Numbered from the stretch's first letter, positions 51,052 through 63,199 are shown. The stretch: DNA of 64,000 bases from Octopus sinensis (GCF_006345805.1 NC_043004.1:98518001-98582000), one strand, 5' to 3'. Made by a program: numbers and translations. Notes: generated from the sequence alone by a model not told the origin.

Positions 51052-51243
51052 AACTACACAACTGTTTCTTAATCATGATATAATATAAATAAATACACAA
51101 TGTGTGTGCATATATATGTGCATGACGCACATACGCTATAAAATGCTATTTCTCTGTATCTTAAATCGATTTGATTTTGGTGATAATTCTATGAAATATT
51201 GTAAGATTCTTTTATACTACCATTAACTTTATATTCTACTTAC

Positions 51244-51278
51244 TATAGATTATTTCTGATTCCTCAAGCTATCTTCAA
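51244..51278 (-). pseudogene. 35-nt exon-like segment with in-frame stop
   Basis: ttcttacag|TTGAAGATAGCTTGAGGAATCAGAAATAATCTATA|gtaagt; best frame EDSLRNQK*SI. Confidence 0.25.
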
Positions 51279-51835
51279 CTGTAAGAAATAGATATGCATA
51301 TTGTTCATGTTCTTAGTCATGCTTGGTGATAGAAGTCAAGCTTCAGATATCATCAGCTTTTCTTCATATTTTCACTAGTGATGGAGGCATTCGATATATT
51401 TCCTCTTGGCTTCTATGGAAACTGTCATGGTCAAGTACTTTACAAGTTTGATTTACATTCTCATGGACACTGGTTCAATCCAAAAGTGTGGCACTTTCAT
51501 CAATTGTATTTTATCATAGTTTCAGGTCAACCCAAGATTGGTCAGTAAAATCAGAGAGACTGAAACTGCATGCAAAATCCAATTGGATTGTATTTGTAAA
51601 TCAAAATTCTAGCTTTGTCGTGACTTCACCATTGTATTTCAGTTTGAGAATTATGCTTTAAAGGTACAAATGTCTGTCAGATATTCAGCCACATATGTAT
51701 TAATTTAATGAATTGATCATCCAGTTGATCTAACAACTGAATATTCATCATTACAAACTGATGGAGACTCCACCATTAATACTACTGAATTTTGCTTGAA
51801 AATGTAATAGTGAAGAGCAGATCTTCTTTTGCTCC

Positions 51836-52505
51836 TACTACTACAATTCTTCTTCTTCTCCTCCTTCTTCTTCTCCTTATCCTCCTTCTTCTCCTTCTTC
51901 TTCTCCTTCTTCTTCTCCTTCTTCTTCTCTTTCTTCTTCTCCTTCTCCTTCTCCTCCTCCTCCTTCTCCTTCTGTTTCTCCTTCTTCTTCTTCCTTCTCC
52001 TCCTTCTTCTTCTTCCTTCTCCTCCTTCTTCTTCTTCCTTCTCCTCCTTCTTCTTCTTCCTTCTCCTCCTTCTTCTTCTTCCTTCTCCTCCTTCTTCTTC
52101 TCCTTATCCTCTCCTCCTTCTTCTCCTTATCCTCCTCCTTCCCCTTATCCTCTTCCTTCTTCCCCTTATCCTCCTCTTCCTCCTCCTTCTTCTTTTTCTT
52201 CTTCTTCTTCTTCTTCTTCTTCTCCTTCTTCTTCTCCTTCTTCTTCTCCTTCTTCTTCTTCTTCTTCTTCTTCTGCTGCTTCTTCTTCTTCTTCTCCTTC
52301 TTCTCCTTCTTCTTCTTCTTCTTCTTCTTCTTCTTCTTCTTCTTCTTCTCTTTCTTTCTCTCTCCTCCTCTTCTTCTCCTCCTCCTCTTCTTCTTCTTCT
52401 TCTCCTCCTCCGCCTTCTTCTCTCCTTTCTCTTCTTCTCTTTCTCCTCCTCCTCCTCCTCCTCTTCCTCCTTCTTCTCCTTCTTCTCCTTCTTCTTCTTC
52501 TTCTT
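51836..52505. repeat. Polypyrimidine (CTT/CCT)n tract
   Basis: Direct reading. Confidence 0.95.
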
Positions 52506-52555
52506 TAGCTCATCCATATGCTGTTAATTTTAACATCCATAAGTTACATTTGCTA

Positions 52556-52933
52556 TCTCCTCTCTATATAAACGGTCAGTTGTCTGTGCGTGTTTCTGTG
52601 TGTCTGTTTTCTCGTACCCTCACCTGACCGGCTTTCAACCGATTCTGATGAAACTTGACACACACATAGCCCAATGTCATAATCAAAAAAACGCAGCGAA
52701 AATTTTGAAAAGTTCCCCCAGTTCTGAAAAAAATCGATAATTCGACATGGGGTCGAGAATAAAAAAAAACAAACCACAGACTGTCTAGGGGACGCAACTC
52801 AACCTTTTATTACTCTCAAAAAAAAATTTACCATCATTTTTTTTTCCATTTTTTGGCTATTTTTGGCTATAATCTCTAAAAATGCTTTATAGTTATTTCC
52901 TTACAAACCTGAGCACGCCGGGCGATATGCTAG
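52556..52933 (+). mobile_element. Non-autonomous Helitron
   Basis: 5' TC after A; 3' GC-rich hairpin (cctgagcacgccggg) then CTAG followed by T. Confidence 0.8.
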
Positions 52934-53299
52934 TATTCTATAACTATCTCACATTGGCTTTTGATTAGTTCTATTTAACTACACAAGTCTGAGTTGTATT
53001 TTATACATTCTGAAGTTGTTTACTATTGACATTATTTATTAGCATCTAACAAGTATTTTAGGTAACTGAGATATACTACAGGTGTTTTGTTATTGGCTTT
53101 TGTTCACACAAGAAGCAGAATGGGACACATAATTTTAAGTAGACACCTGTGGCTGCTGTTTTTAAGTATATGGAAGTTTTGGCACTGTTTTGTGTGTGCT
53201 GTAATTGAACAGTGAAGAATTTTAGCTGAAAACAGCTTCCAATTATTTGTTGTTTTTGTTGTCTTGTTGCTTAGCTCTAGGTTGGCACTGATTGACCAA

Positions 53300-53505
53300 A
53301 ACACTTGATTTTATGTCTATTAGCAACCTCAAATGGAACGGCATTAGTCTACGTAAACTCAAAGACTCTTCTGCAGACAGATCAGTGTGGAGGTCTTTCA
53401 TCTCATGAGCAGCAACAGCCTTTGAAGAGGACTAGCAATGGCATCACGCTGCCAGAGAAAGACAACACAGGACAACATACACCTCAATCCAGTCAACAGA
53501 CTATT
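53300..53505 (+). mobile_element. RTE LINE C-terminal remnant
   Basis: LKDSSADRSVWRSFIS*AATAFEED. Confidence 0.6.
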
Positions 53506-53513
53506 GTTGCGAT

Positions 53514-53896
53514 TGGAGGTGCAATGGCCCAGTGGTTAGGGCAGCGGACTCACAGTCATAGGATCGCAGTTTCGATTCCCAGTCCGGGCGTTGTGAGTGT
53601 TTATTGAGTGAAAACACCTAAAAAGCTCCACAAGGCTCCGGCAGGGGATGGTGGTGATCCCTGCTGTACTCTTTCACCACAACTTTCTCTCACTCTTACT
53701 TCCTGTTTCTGTTGTACCTGTATTTCAAGGGGCTGGCCTTGTCACTCTCTGTGCCACGCTGAATATTCCCGAGAACTACGTTAAGGGTGCACGCGTCTGT
53801 GGAGTGCTCAGCCACTTACACGTTAATTTCACGAGCAGGCTGTTCCGTTGATTCGGATAAACCGGAACCCTCATCGTCGTAACCGACGGAGTGCTT
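53514..53896 (+). mobile_element. SINE family C
   Basis: Full copy. Confidence 0.9.
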
Positions 53897-54082
53897 CGAT
53901 ATATTGTTGCGATACCTATGAGTGCCTGTAGGCTTTCGGTTTTGGACTGTGCAATCACATGTACTCTAATCACTGAGAACTCAAACACTGATGGATCCCC
54001 ACAAACAATTATGAAAAGATTTACACGATTATTCTTAGTCACAAAGATGTGAACATCAGAATGGGAGTGGAAAGACATTCTC

Positions 54083-54556
54083 TTTTCTCTCTTTTACTCT
54101 TTTACTTGTTTCAGTCATTTGACTGTGGCCATGCTGGAGCACCGCCTTTAATCGAAGAAATCGACCCCAGGACTTATTCTTTGTAAGCCTAGTACTTATT
54201 CTATCAGTCTCTTTTGCCAAACCGCTAAGTTACGGGGACATAAACACACCAACATCGGTTGTCAAGTGATGTTGGGGGGACAAATATATATATAAAGATA
54301 TATATATATATATATTAAATTAGAGATAAAACCACTGTAAGTTTGGATTTACTCCCTAATATTATTATTATTATATATATATATATATATACGACGGGCT
54401 TCTTTCAGTTTCCATCTACCAAATCCACTCACAAGGCTTTGGTCAGCCCGAGGCTATAGTAGAAGACACTTGCCCAAGGTGCCACGCAGTGGGACTGAAC
54501 CCGGAACCATGTTGTTAGTAAGCAAGCTATTTACCACACAGCCACACCTGTGCCTA
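54083..54556 (-). mobile_element. SINE family A with small nested insert
   Basis: Full reverse copy. Confidence 0.9.
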
Positions 54557-54974
54557 TGATTGGCACAGAAATTAGAAATTACAAAGAAAACCTGATGAAC
54601 CTAGACAGGAGGGGTCCTATCCAGTCTTCATGTGAAATTGAGTGTAAGTTTCAAATAGATACTTAATAAGAGCACTCCATCACATGATACACTTAGGTTG
54701 AAAGTGATACTTCATAATCAATATTAATGATATTATCTGAATAACCTCTGTGACAGGTCTGGGATAAAGACTTTTGCACTTATTTAACTTAACAGTCGAT
54801 ATCACAGAGAGTTAAATTCTAAATTTCATGACGATTTAGGATGGAGAGGATAGCATCAGGAAAAATCAATTTAATAAAGTTCAAAATATTTATAATATTC
54901 ATCTGTTGTGAGGAGAGAATTCCAATGTTTGGAATTGGTAGAATTCTCAGAATACCAATATTATTAACAATTTC

Positions 54975-55095
54975 TAATTTTGTATACAAGTAGCAGATTC
55001 TTCAGACAGTTTGTCCAATTTTATATTGAGTTGACATTCTGTTCTTCTGTTTCAGTTGGAAGATGTTCTTCATATGAAGAATAACATAAAGTAGA
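54975..55095 (-). pseudogene. Putative first coding exon remnant (frameshifted)
   Basis: SYEEHLPTETEEQNV in one frame, then LNIKLDKLSEESATCIQN* in another; LDKLS resembles the recalled LRRIQ1 N-terminus. Confidence 0.3.
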
Positions 55096-55418
55096 CATTG
55101 CAATATACTTGGGTGTTTTATATGTTATGACTGTATATATACATGTGTGAGAGAGGTGTATGTGTGTATGTGTGTGAGAGAGAGAGAGAGTGTGCATAAT
55201 AATAATCATCATCATTTTAACACATGCTTTTCCATGTTCGCATGGGTTACATAGAATTTCGTCCAGGTGGATTTTCTAATTTTCTACAACCGGATGCCCT
55301 TCTTGACACAAACTCTCAGCTGTTTCCAAGGTAATATTTACCCATGTTTTCACAGAAGATTAGGAATGAAAGATACTGTTTGCATGATAGAGGCATTTGT
55401 TTACACAGTGTCAAGTCA

Positions 55419-55458
<40 letters not shown>

Positions 55459-55591
55459 ATATATATATATACAAAAAATATATAAATATTACAAAAAGTA
55501 ATTTTACTATCCAGTAAGATAGCAGTAATTGTACTTCGTGTACTTCGTGTACTTCGTGTACATCAGCTATGTATATTCATACTTATATATA

Positions 55592-55639
<48 letters not shown>

Positions 55640-56371
55640 TGCATATATGTGGATGAGTGTGTGCATGTATTTGAGAAAATAGTTTGAACCAGCTGGTGCA
55701 TATTGTTCCATGTTTTCTTTTTAAAACAACAGGGTGTGACTTGAAGGTGATTTGGCAGCTATTTCCAACAAGTTGCATGTCTACTGGTGTAATCTGTATG
55801 CATTGTTCTTGCTGTTCTGGCTGAAACTCCAGACCAACTGGAATGGAGCAGACACATGATAACAAGCATTCTGATCACGTCTGTTCCTTATTTTACATTT
55901 ATGAAGCAAAGCTAGGACTAAAGATGTGTGCTTGTTGCATGTGAATAATGCTTTCTATTTGTGTCAGTTTATCAGAAACTTAAGCAATACAAACAAAATT
56001 TGCCTGTCAGAAACACATTCCTTTATTAAAATATCAAATGCTATGTTACTGTTGAATACACTAACCAGAAGATTGCAAGCTTTAACATAAGATAGATACA
56101 TTTCACTTCTACAAGTATATACTGTCTACCCAGTTTTAAAATGAAATCTGAAAATCTGGTCCAACATTTACTTAGGCATACTCACATGCATATATATATT
56201 TATATTTATATATTTATATACCTATATCTATATCTATATATATATATATATATATAAAGTAGTATTATTACTGTTATTTACAATAATAATAAGGTGGTTA
56301 GCAAGTTCACATTTTTACAGGCACAATAGATAATTTAAAATTTGTATACAAGTAGCAGATTCTTCAGACAG

Positions 56372-56575
56372 TACCGCCTGATTGGCCCTCGTACTGGTGG
56401 CACATAAAAGAACCTACTACACTCTCAGAGTGTTCGGCATTAGGAAGGGTATCCAGCTGTAGAAACTCTGCCAGATCAGATTGGAGCCTGGTGCAGGCAT
56501 CTGGCTCACCAGTCTTCAGTCAAACCATCCAACCCATGGAAAGCGGATGTTAAACGATGATGATGATGATGATGC
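56372..56575 (+). mobile_element. Same (GAT)n-tailed family
   Basis: aggaagggtatccagctgtagaaac...gttaaac(gat)n. Confidence 0.7.
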
Positions 56576-56880
56576 CCCCAAACCACGATAACAATTACTA
56601 TAAAGATATGCATTAGCAATGTATGTGTGTATGTATATATCTATATCTATCTATTTATATATGCATACACACACACACACATATATATACATACATAAAT
56701 ACATATATGTATATATATATATTAATTGAAATGTACATTATTATACATCCATTATGGCAGATCTTACCAACGGGTTTCACACTAAAAATTCAATGCACTA
56801 GAGGCATGTGTGTGTGTGTATGCATATACATATATATGCATATACATACATACATACATACTTATATTTATATTTATATT

Positions 56881-56912
<32 letters not shown>

Positions 56913-57499
56913 CATATATATATGTATATATATATAAATACATATATATATATATAAATATCAGTACACATACCAAATATGTCTACATGCAAACATACAT
57001 ACATCACAATTTTGTGCTAAAAATTTAACTAAAGAAAAGAAAAGGGTGGAAAATGGGTATGGGTTTACTTCTTTAATTGCACTGTCTAACCAGTTCCGTT
57101 AAACTACTGCACATTTAGTTTAACTTCCACACATGCACAGTTAGTGAGAGAAATGCTATCTTTCTTTTTCGTGTAATTGTATATATATATATGTGTGCAT
57201 GTATGTGATTGTGTGAAAATTTGGGAGTTAGCATGTGCTAGCATATATGTGAATATTTGTATAATTGCATGTATCTCAAAGGGCATATCTGTGTATATGC
57301 ATGATTGCCTGTGCATGTGTGAATTTATGCATGTGTTTATAAAGGTGCATGGTTGTGTCTGTATGTACATGAGTGAGCAGAGTTGTATTTGTGATTGTGT
57401 GAGTGGAAGAATGTAACTGTGTGCATGATTTAAAAAGAAAAGAAAAATTGTATTTCCTTTAAACATGCCCCTCTGTTGCACATATAGATCTGTACTGTG

Positions 57500-58195
57500 G
57501 AAAGAAGGTGGGGTTAGTTGTAGAATAAAGGGTGGGGGAAGAGGAAGATAGAAAGAAAGAAGTGAATGAAGAAGTAGGGGAGAAGCGAAGGGAAGTGGTG
57601 GATGATGGAGAGCATAAAGAAGAGAGATAGGAATGAAGAGGATGGAGAGCATAAATTAGAAATAAGGAATGGTAAAAGTTACAAAGAAAACAGGAGGATA
57701 AGAAGGAAAAGAAGGCAAGAAAGAAGGAGAGAAGGAGAGGAAGAGTGTGAGGAGGTGAGAAAGAGGGTAAAAAGGTTAGGAAGAGGAGACAAGGAAATAG
57801 AGGTGAAAAGGAAAAGGAGAGGCGGAGGCAGAGGAGAAGGTGAAGGAAAAAGAGGAGGAGAAGAAGAAGAAGAAGAAGATGAAAGAAGAAGAAAAGGAAG
57901 AAGAAGAAGAAGAAGAAGAAGAAAAGGAAGAAGAAGAAGAAGAAGAAGAAGAAGAGGTAGAAGTAGAAGAAGAAGAAGAGAAGAAGAAGAAGAAGAAGAA
58001 GAAGAAGAAGAAGAAGAAGAAGAAGAAGAAGAAGAGGTAGAAGTAGAAGAAGAAGAAGAAGAAGAAGAAGAAGAAGAGGTAGAAGTAGAAGAAGAAGAAA
58101 AGAAGAAGAAGAAAAAGAAATAGTTGAAGAAAAAGAAGTAGTAGAAGAAGGAGAAGAAGAAGAAGCAGGAGGAGGAGGAGGTTGGGATAAGGGGG
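57500..58195. repeat. Polypurine (GAA/GAG)n tract
   Basis: Direct reading. Confidence 0.95.
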
Positions 58196-58439
58196 ATGAA
58201 GATGATATTGTAAAGCAGAGGAAGAAATAAAGGGTAAAAAAAGAAAATAACATGAAACACACGCTCAAGACAAAGAAAGGAAAAAAAAAAAATTGAAGAT
58301 TTCCAAACTAAAAATCATCAATGCAACAACAACAACAACAATAACTGTTACAACAACAATAACTATAATAACATTAACAATAACAACCCACAGAATGTAG
58401 CTATTTTAGACTGGAGCTGTGTGGAGCAGAATACAAAAT

Positions 58440-58625
58440 GGATGTCGGTATAAAGATTCTATTGACAGAAGTAATGGCTAAGATCTTGAAATAAGTCTGT
58501 ACACAAGTTAAAAGTTTATTAAAAATTGAAGAAATTCTACAGGAATATCAAAATAGAATTTATTTTGGGAAAAGAACTATTTTCATGATGTCTTGTGGTA
58601 TTGAAATTTCTGTGAAAAATTATAT
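58440..58625 (+). mobile_element. RTE LINE RT remnant
   Basis: IKILLTEVMAKILK*V...EEILQEYQNRIYFGKRTIF. Confidence 0.5.
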
Positions 58626-58712
58626 TTCCTAACCTATCACATACATTAAGTGTTTAAAGACAAGCATACACAGACATTAAATGTATGGTATATATATATA
58701 TATATATATATA

Positions 58713-58876
58713 TAGGTGCAAGAGTGGCTGTGTGGTAAGTAGCTTGCTAACCAAACATGGTTCCGGATTCAGTCCCACTGCATGGCATCTTGGGCAAGTG
58801 TCTTCTGCTATAGCCCCGGGCCGACCAGTGCCTTGTGAGTGGATTTGGTAGGCAGAAACTGAAAGAAGCCCGTCGT
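58713..58876 (+). mobile_element. SINE family A, 5' half
   Basis: Head to gaaagaagcccgtcg. Confidence 0.9.
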
Positions 58877-59418
58877 ATATATCTATATGTATATATATAT
58901 ATGTATGTATGTATGTATCATATATATGTGCATGCATGTGTATATGCATAAAACACTTGCTGTCTTTTGAGCATGACATATTCTTCTCATTTCTTAGGAA
59001 AATCCTGCAGACTGAGTGCAGAAGTTTCAATCAATGTTGGTGAAACCGGTGAAAAACCATTGGAGAAGACCAAATAGTTATCCTTTTTGTTGCTTTTATT
59101 ATTGCTAATGTCTTAAAGTTATATAATCACAGTTGATGTGAGATGCTACAGCAAGCACAATTATTGATACGGATAGTGGATAACAGATAGTATCATCTTT
59201 TATTCCTCCTATCATCTTGCCAACCATGATGCATGACTACTCAGGCTATCCTGACAATGATTAGGACTGACCATTCAGTGCATTTCTGCCACCAAGTACT
59301 ACAAAGACTCCCTCTAAATACATTACTATCATAGAGACAGCCTGATTTCAACCAATAGTCTCAGGTATACTTAGGAAGGAGAGAAACTGAAAGGATAAAT
59401 TAACAAATCTTCCTGGCA

Positions 59419-59626
59419 TTAGTTAGTTAGTTAGTTAATTTTTTGGCTCAAAAAGCAAAAAGCAAGGCCATGTAGGGGGACATGGAGTTATGTACAGGGT
59501 GGAGTTCATGTAAAGAGTTCAGGCCACTTGTGGTCAAGGGAGACTTTGAACCGAACGGTCGTTGGCATCTTCACTATCTCATCCAGCAGCTTATTCCACG
59601 GATCTGCAACCCGGATGGAAAAACCC
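59419..59626 (-). mobile_element. CR1/L2-type LINE 3' end, same family as 13655
   Basis: Reverse complement of the same 3' UTR and (AACT)n tail. Confidence 0.85.
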
Positions 59627-59649
59627 TTAAGAGGTGTGAAGGTGACAAG

Positions 59650-59845
59650 GTGGCGGAACCATTTGCGCTCTGAACGAAATGCTTAGTGGTATTTCGCTTG
59701 TCGCTACATTCTGATTCAACTTTGCCTTTCATCCTTTCGGGGTCGATAAATTAAATACCAGTGAAACACTGGGGTCGATGTAATCGATTCATCCCCTCCC
59801 TCAAAATGGCTACTCCTGTGGCAAAATATTTGAAACCATTATGAT
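59650..59845 (+). mobile_element. SINE family B (internally deleted)
   Basis: gaaatgcttagtggtatttcg...tttcatcctttcggggtcgataaattaa. Confidence 0.8.
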
Positions 59846-60067
59846 AAGAGGTGTGAGGTGTTCTAGGTTACATGGTATCAGGGTGAACGGAAAGATCGTT
59901 GAGGAAAAGTAATTATGTAATGATATAACAGCATTTGATCTCACTGACGACAAGAAGAAAGTGGTCTGGAGACAGTGCTACAAGAACTTACTGCAAGCAG
60001 TGATGATTTTGTATTTTGGAAAATTGGCATGCTTGATTTTCAGAGAAGGAGTAAGTTGAAATTTTAT

Positions 60068-60488
60068 ATACTCTTTTACTCTTTTACTTGTTTCAGTCAT
60101 TTGACTGCGGCCATGCTGGAGCACCGCCTTTAGTCGAGCAACTCGACCCCGGGACTTATTCTTTTTGTAAGCCCAGTACTTATTCTATCGGTCTCTTTTG
60201 CTGAACCGCTAAGTAACAGGGACATAAACACACCAGCATTGGTTGTCAAGCAATGCTAGGGGGACAAACACAGACACACAAATACACACACACATATATA
60301 TATATACATATATATATGATGATGATGATATATACGACAGGCTTCTTTCAGTTTCCGTCTACCAAATCCACTCACAAGGCTTTGGTCGGCCCGAGGCTAT
60401 AGCAGAAGACACTTGCCCAAGGTGCCACACAGTGGGACTGAACCCAGAACCATGTGGTTGGTAAACAAGCTACTTACCACACAGCCGC
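60068..60488 (-). mobile_element. SINE family A
   Basis: Near-full reverse copy. Confidence 0.9.
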
Positions 60489-60499
60489 TGCATCTTATA

Positions 60500-61185
60500 T
60501 AAGTTATTTGTGTACAAGCGGTGTGCAGACAATTTAGGAATGTCGATAGTGAAGGTCTTTATGAGTAGCAGATTCACAGGAGAAATTAGAAGTAAATGAC
60601 CTCAAACTAAATTATTTCTAATGGTTGGAATGTTCCAAAGATGCAGCTGATAGCCTTTGTTACCTAGGTGACCTATTTGGTGGTGGAGGTGATGTTTCAA
60701 AAGCAGTTATCAGAGGAAGAATGTGGTGGGGAAAGTTTAAAGATCTATTATTCTGCTGGCAATAAAGAAATTCTCTCTGAGATTATTTGATGGTATCATG
60801 TTGTTTGATGGCAAAACATGGTCACTGACTGAAGATGAGAGATATGAGAGAGCTGGAACAAAGTGAGAATGAGTCAAGAATGCTCTACTGTATGTGCAGC
60901 GTTACTTAATGGGTATGAATCACAACACAGAACTAAGTTGAGAGAGAAAAACAGGGGTACAAGAATAATCAGATACAATGTGCAAGAGAGAAGACCGAGA
61001 TTATACAGACATGTGATGGTAAGTTTGGTAAAGAAGTGGCAATTGATCAAAACAGAAGGAACCTGCAGGAAACAAAGACTAGAGAACATGTGAAAGTGGA
61101 TGTCACAAAGGCTAAATTCAAAGGAAATGGATGGCAAAGAAAATATGATAAGACAGACACTGTGCTGACCTGACCTGTCTGATGC
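60500..61185 (+). mobile_element. RTE LINE RT C-terminal remnant
   Basis: DSLCYLGDLFGGGG...WGKFKDLL...MLFDGKTWSLT...ESRMLYCMC. Confidence 0.75.
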
Positions 61186-61298
61186 ATGCACGCTTAGAAA
61201 ATGGATATAATACAATGATAAATATATACAAGTATATCTTTGTATTATGATAACAATTACATACACACACTATATATATGCATGTATGTATATGGATA

Positions 61299-61598
61299 TC
61301 TTTATATATAAAAGTGAAGTTGTGTGTCTGTCTCCTACGATTTAGATTCCTAACTACTCCCACATTTTGTGGTGCAGTTTACTCAAAACCGGGTATCTTA
61401 TAGTCGTGATTCATATCGAGCCCTCCTGGGTATTAGCGCATATCTACGATGAGTCTACGATTTAAAAAAAAATTTACCATAATTTTTTTCCCATTTTTAA
61501 TGCATTTTTTCGCTATTATATAAGGGAAGTAACTCTCTAAAAATGCTTATATAGTTATTTCCCTTACAAACCCGAGCAATGCCGGGTGATACAGCTAG
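61299..61598 (+). mobile_element. Non-autonomous Helitron
   Basis: A|TCTTTATATATAAAAG...CCCGAGCAATGCCGGG..CTAG|T; 3' ~60 bp shared with 52556-52933. Confidence 0.85.
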
Positions 61599-61611
61599 TT
61601 ATATATATATA

Positions 61612-61652
<41 letters not shown>

Positions 61653-61659
61653 GGAAATT

Positions 61660-62045
61660 GCAGCTGTGATACCAGTGCCGGTGGTACATAAGAAAACCAT
61701 CCGAACATGGCCATTGCCAGCCTCGCCTGGCCCCCGTGCCGGTGGCACATAAAAAGCACCATCCAATTGTGGCCGTTGCCAGCCTTGCCTGGCCTCCGTG
61801 CCGGTGGCATGTAAAAAGCACCATCCGTCCGTGGCCGTTTGCCAGCCTCCCCTGGCCCTTGTGCCGGTGGCACGTAAAAGCACCCACTACACTCATGGAG
61901 TGGTTGGTGTTAGGAAGGGCATCCAGCTGTAGAAACATTGCCAGATCCGACCGGGCCTGATGCAGCCTTCTGGCTTCCCAGACTCCAGTTGAACTGTCCA
62001 ACCCATGCTAGCATGAAAAGTGGACACTAAACAATGATAATGAAG
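61660..62045 (+). mobile_element. Same (GAT)n-tailed family
   Basis: Three ~60-bp subrepeats then tail. Confidence 0.7.
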
Positions 62046-62459
62046 AATATGATATATATATCTGCATATGCCAGGTGTGACATATATGTTTATCCAATAT
62101 TCATTTTATCATAAAATAAGATTTAAGTCTTGGTTAATGAATAGTCTACAGATTGATTGCTATATTTATTGACAATATTTTATACATATTTACAATTCGA
62201 AATGGCCACATATGCTTTCACCCTAGTCCTTAATTCATTATACTAGCAATTTTCACTTCACAATTCTTTATGAAAGCCATTTTCATTGCTATAATTTATT
62301 CACATTTAGTTTCAGCTGCCATTTTTAATTAAGGGTAAACAATAAAATAAAAGAATGTTAGGAAACATTATACAACATTTGCAACTAATTTTGTGAATAA
62401 GAATGTGTCAATTTATGTTTGAATAATGGGTAATTATAATGTTTAAATAAAAGTTAAAT

Positions 62460-62513
62460 GTATATATATCACACCTGGTATATATACAAACACATACATA
62501 CAAACACACACAC

Positions 62514-62544
<31 letters not shown>

Positions 62545-62631
62545 TATATATGTATACATATATGTATATACACACAAGCACATGTACAAACACACATATA
62601 TATATATACACACAAGCACATGCACACACAC

Positions 62632-62674
<43 letters not shown>

Positions 62675-62815
62675 CACACACACATGTACACACACACATG
62701 CATACATACATACATACATGCATGCATACATACATACACACACATACATACATACATACATACATACATACATACATACATGCATACATACATGCATGCA
62801 TACATACATGCATAC
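62460..62815. repeat. Compound (TA)/(CA)/(TACA) microsatellite
   Basis: Direct reading. Confidence 0.95.
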
Positions 62816-62821
62816 ATTATT

Positions 62822-63052
62822 ATTATATATTGCCCACAAGGGGCTAAACATAGAGGGGACAAACAAGGACAGACAAAGGGATTAAGTCGATTACAACGAC
62901 CCCAGTGCGAAACTGGTACTTTATTTATCGACCCCGAAAGGATGTAAGGCAAAGTCAACCTCGGCGGAATTCGAACTCAGAACGTAGCGGCAGACAAAAT
63001 ACCGCTAAGCATTTCACCCGACGTGCTAACGATTCTGCCAGCTCGCCACCTT
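62822..63052 (-). mobile_element. tRNA-derived SINE family B (OK-like)
   Basis: Head ggcgagctggcagaatcgttagc, B box gagttcgaattcc, ggggtcgataaa body. Confidence 0.85.
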
Positions 63053-63199
63053 ACATACATGCATACATACATACATACATACGTGTGTGGGTGTATGCAT
63101 ATATGATTGTATGTAAGAGACCATTTATTCTTGCTTAGACATTTGTCTAGAAGTTGCACTCTTAAGTAACATCAGTGACTGCATTTGAATCCAATGATG

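Larger units (their letters stand above)
4850..55095 (-). pseudogene. LRRIQ1: Probable decayed multi-exon LRR gene, tentatively LRRIQ1-like
   Basis: Manually translated minus-strand segments, several with AG/GT splice boundaries: KLDKLS (55.0 kb), NITFLxxxxC (31.95 kb), KLRKMLLD..HNH..ELP..HKLYLD (18.3-18.7 kb), SLHE..QQRW (18.0 kb), VLDGK (13.4 kb), DEN..FVVDIEAAL (4.9 kb). This order matches my recollection of LRRIQ1 (ELDKLS; NLQFLSLRRC; NLQQLILD..HNH..ELP..RELHLD; SLHE..W; ILNG; DEE..FIFDEAAL). Identity is from memory and unverified. Confidence 0.5.

Noticed and set aside
54592-54660. CUGAUGA...GAAA hammerhead candidate
   Set aside because: Stem I does not pair and stem II closure is poor.
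4850-55095. Rescue of the exon stops by A-to-I editing (UAA/UGA/UAG to UGG)
   Set aside because: Several segments also have frameshifts and apparent deletions that editing cannot repair.
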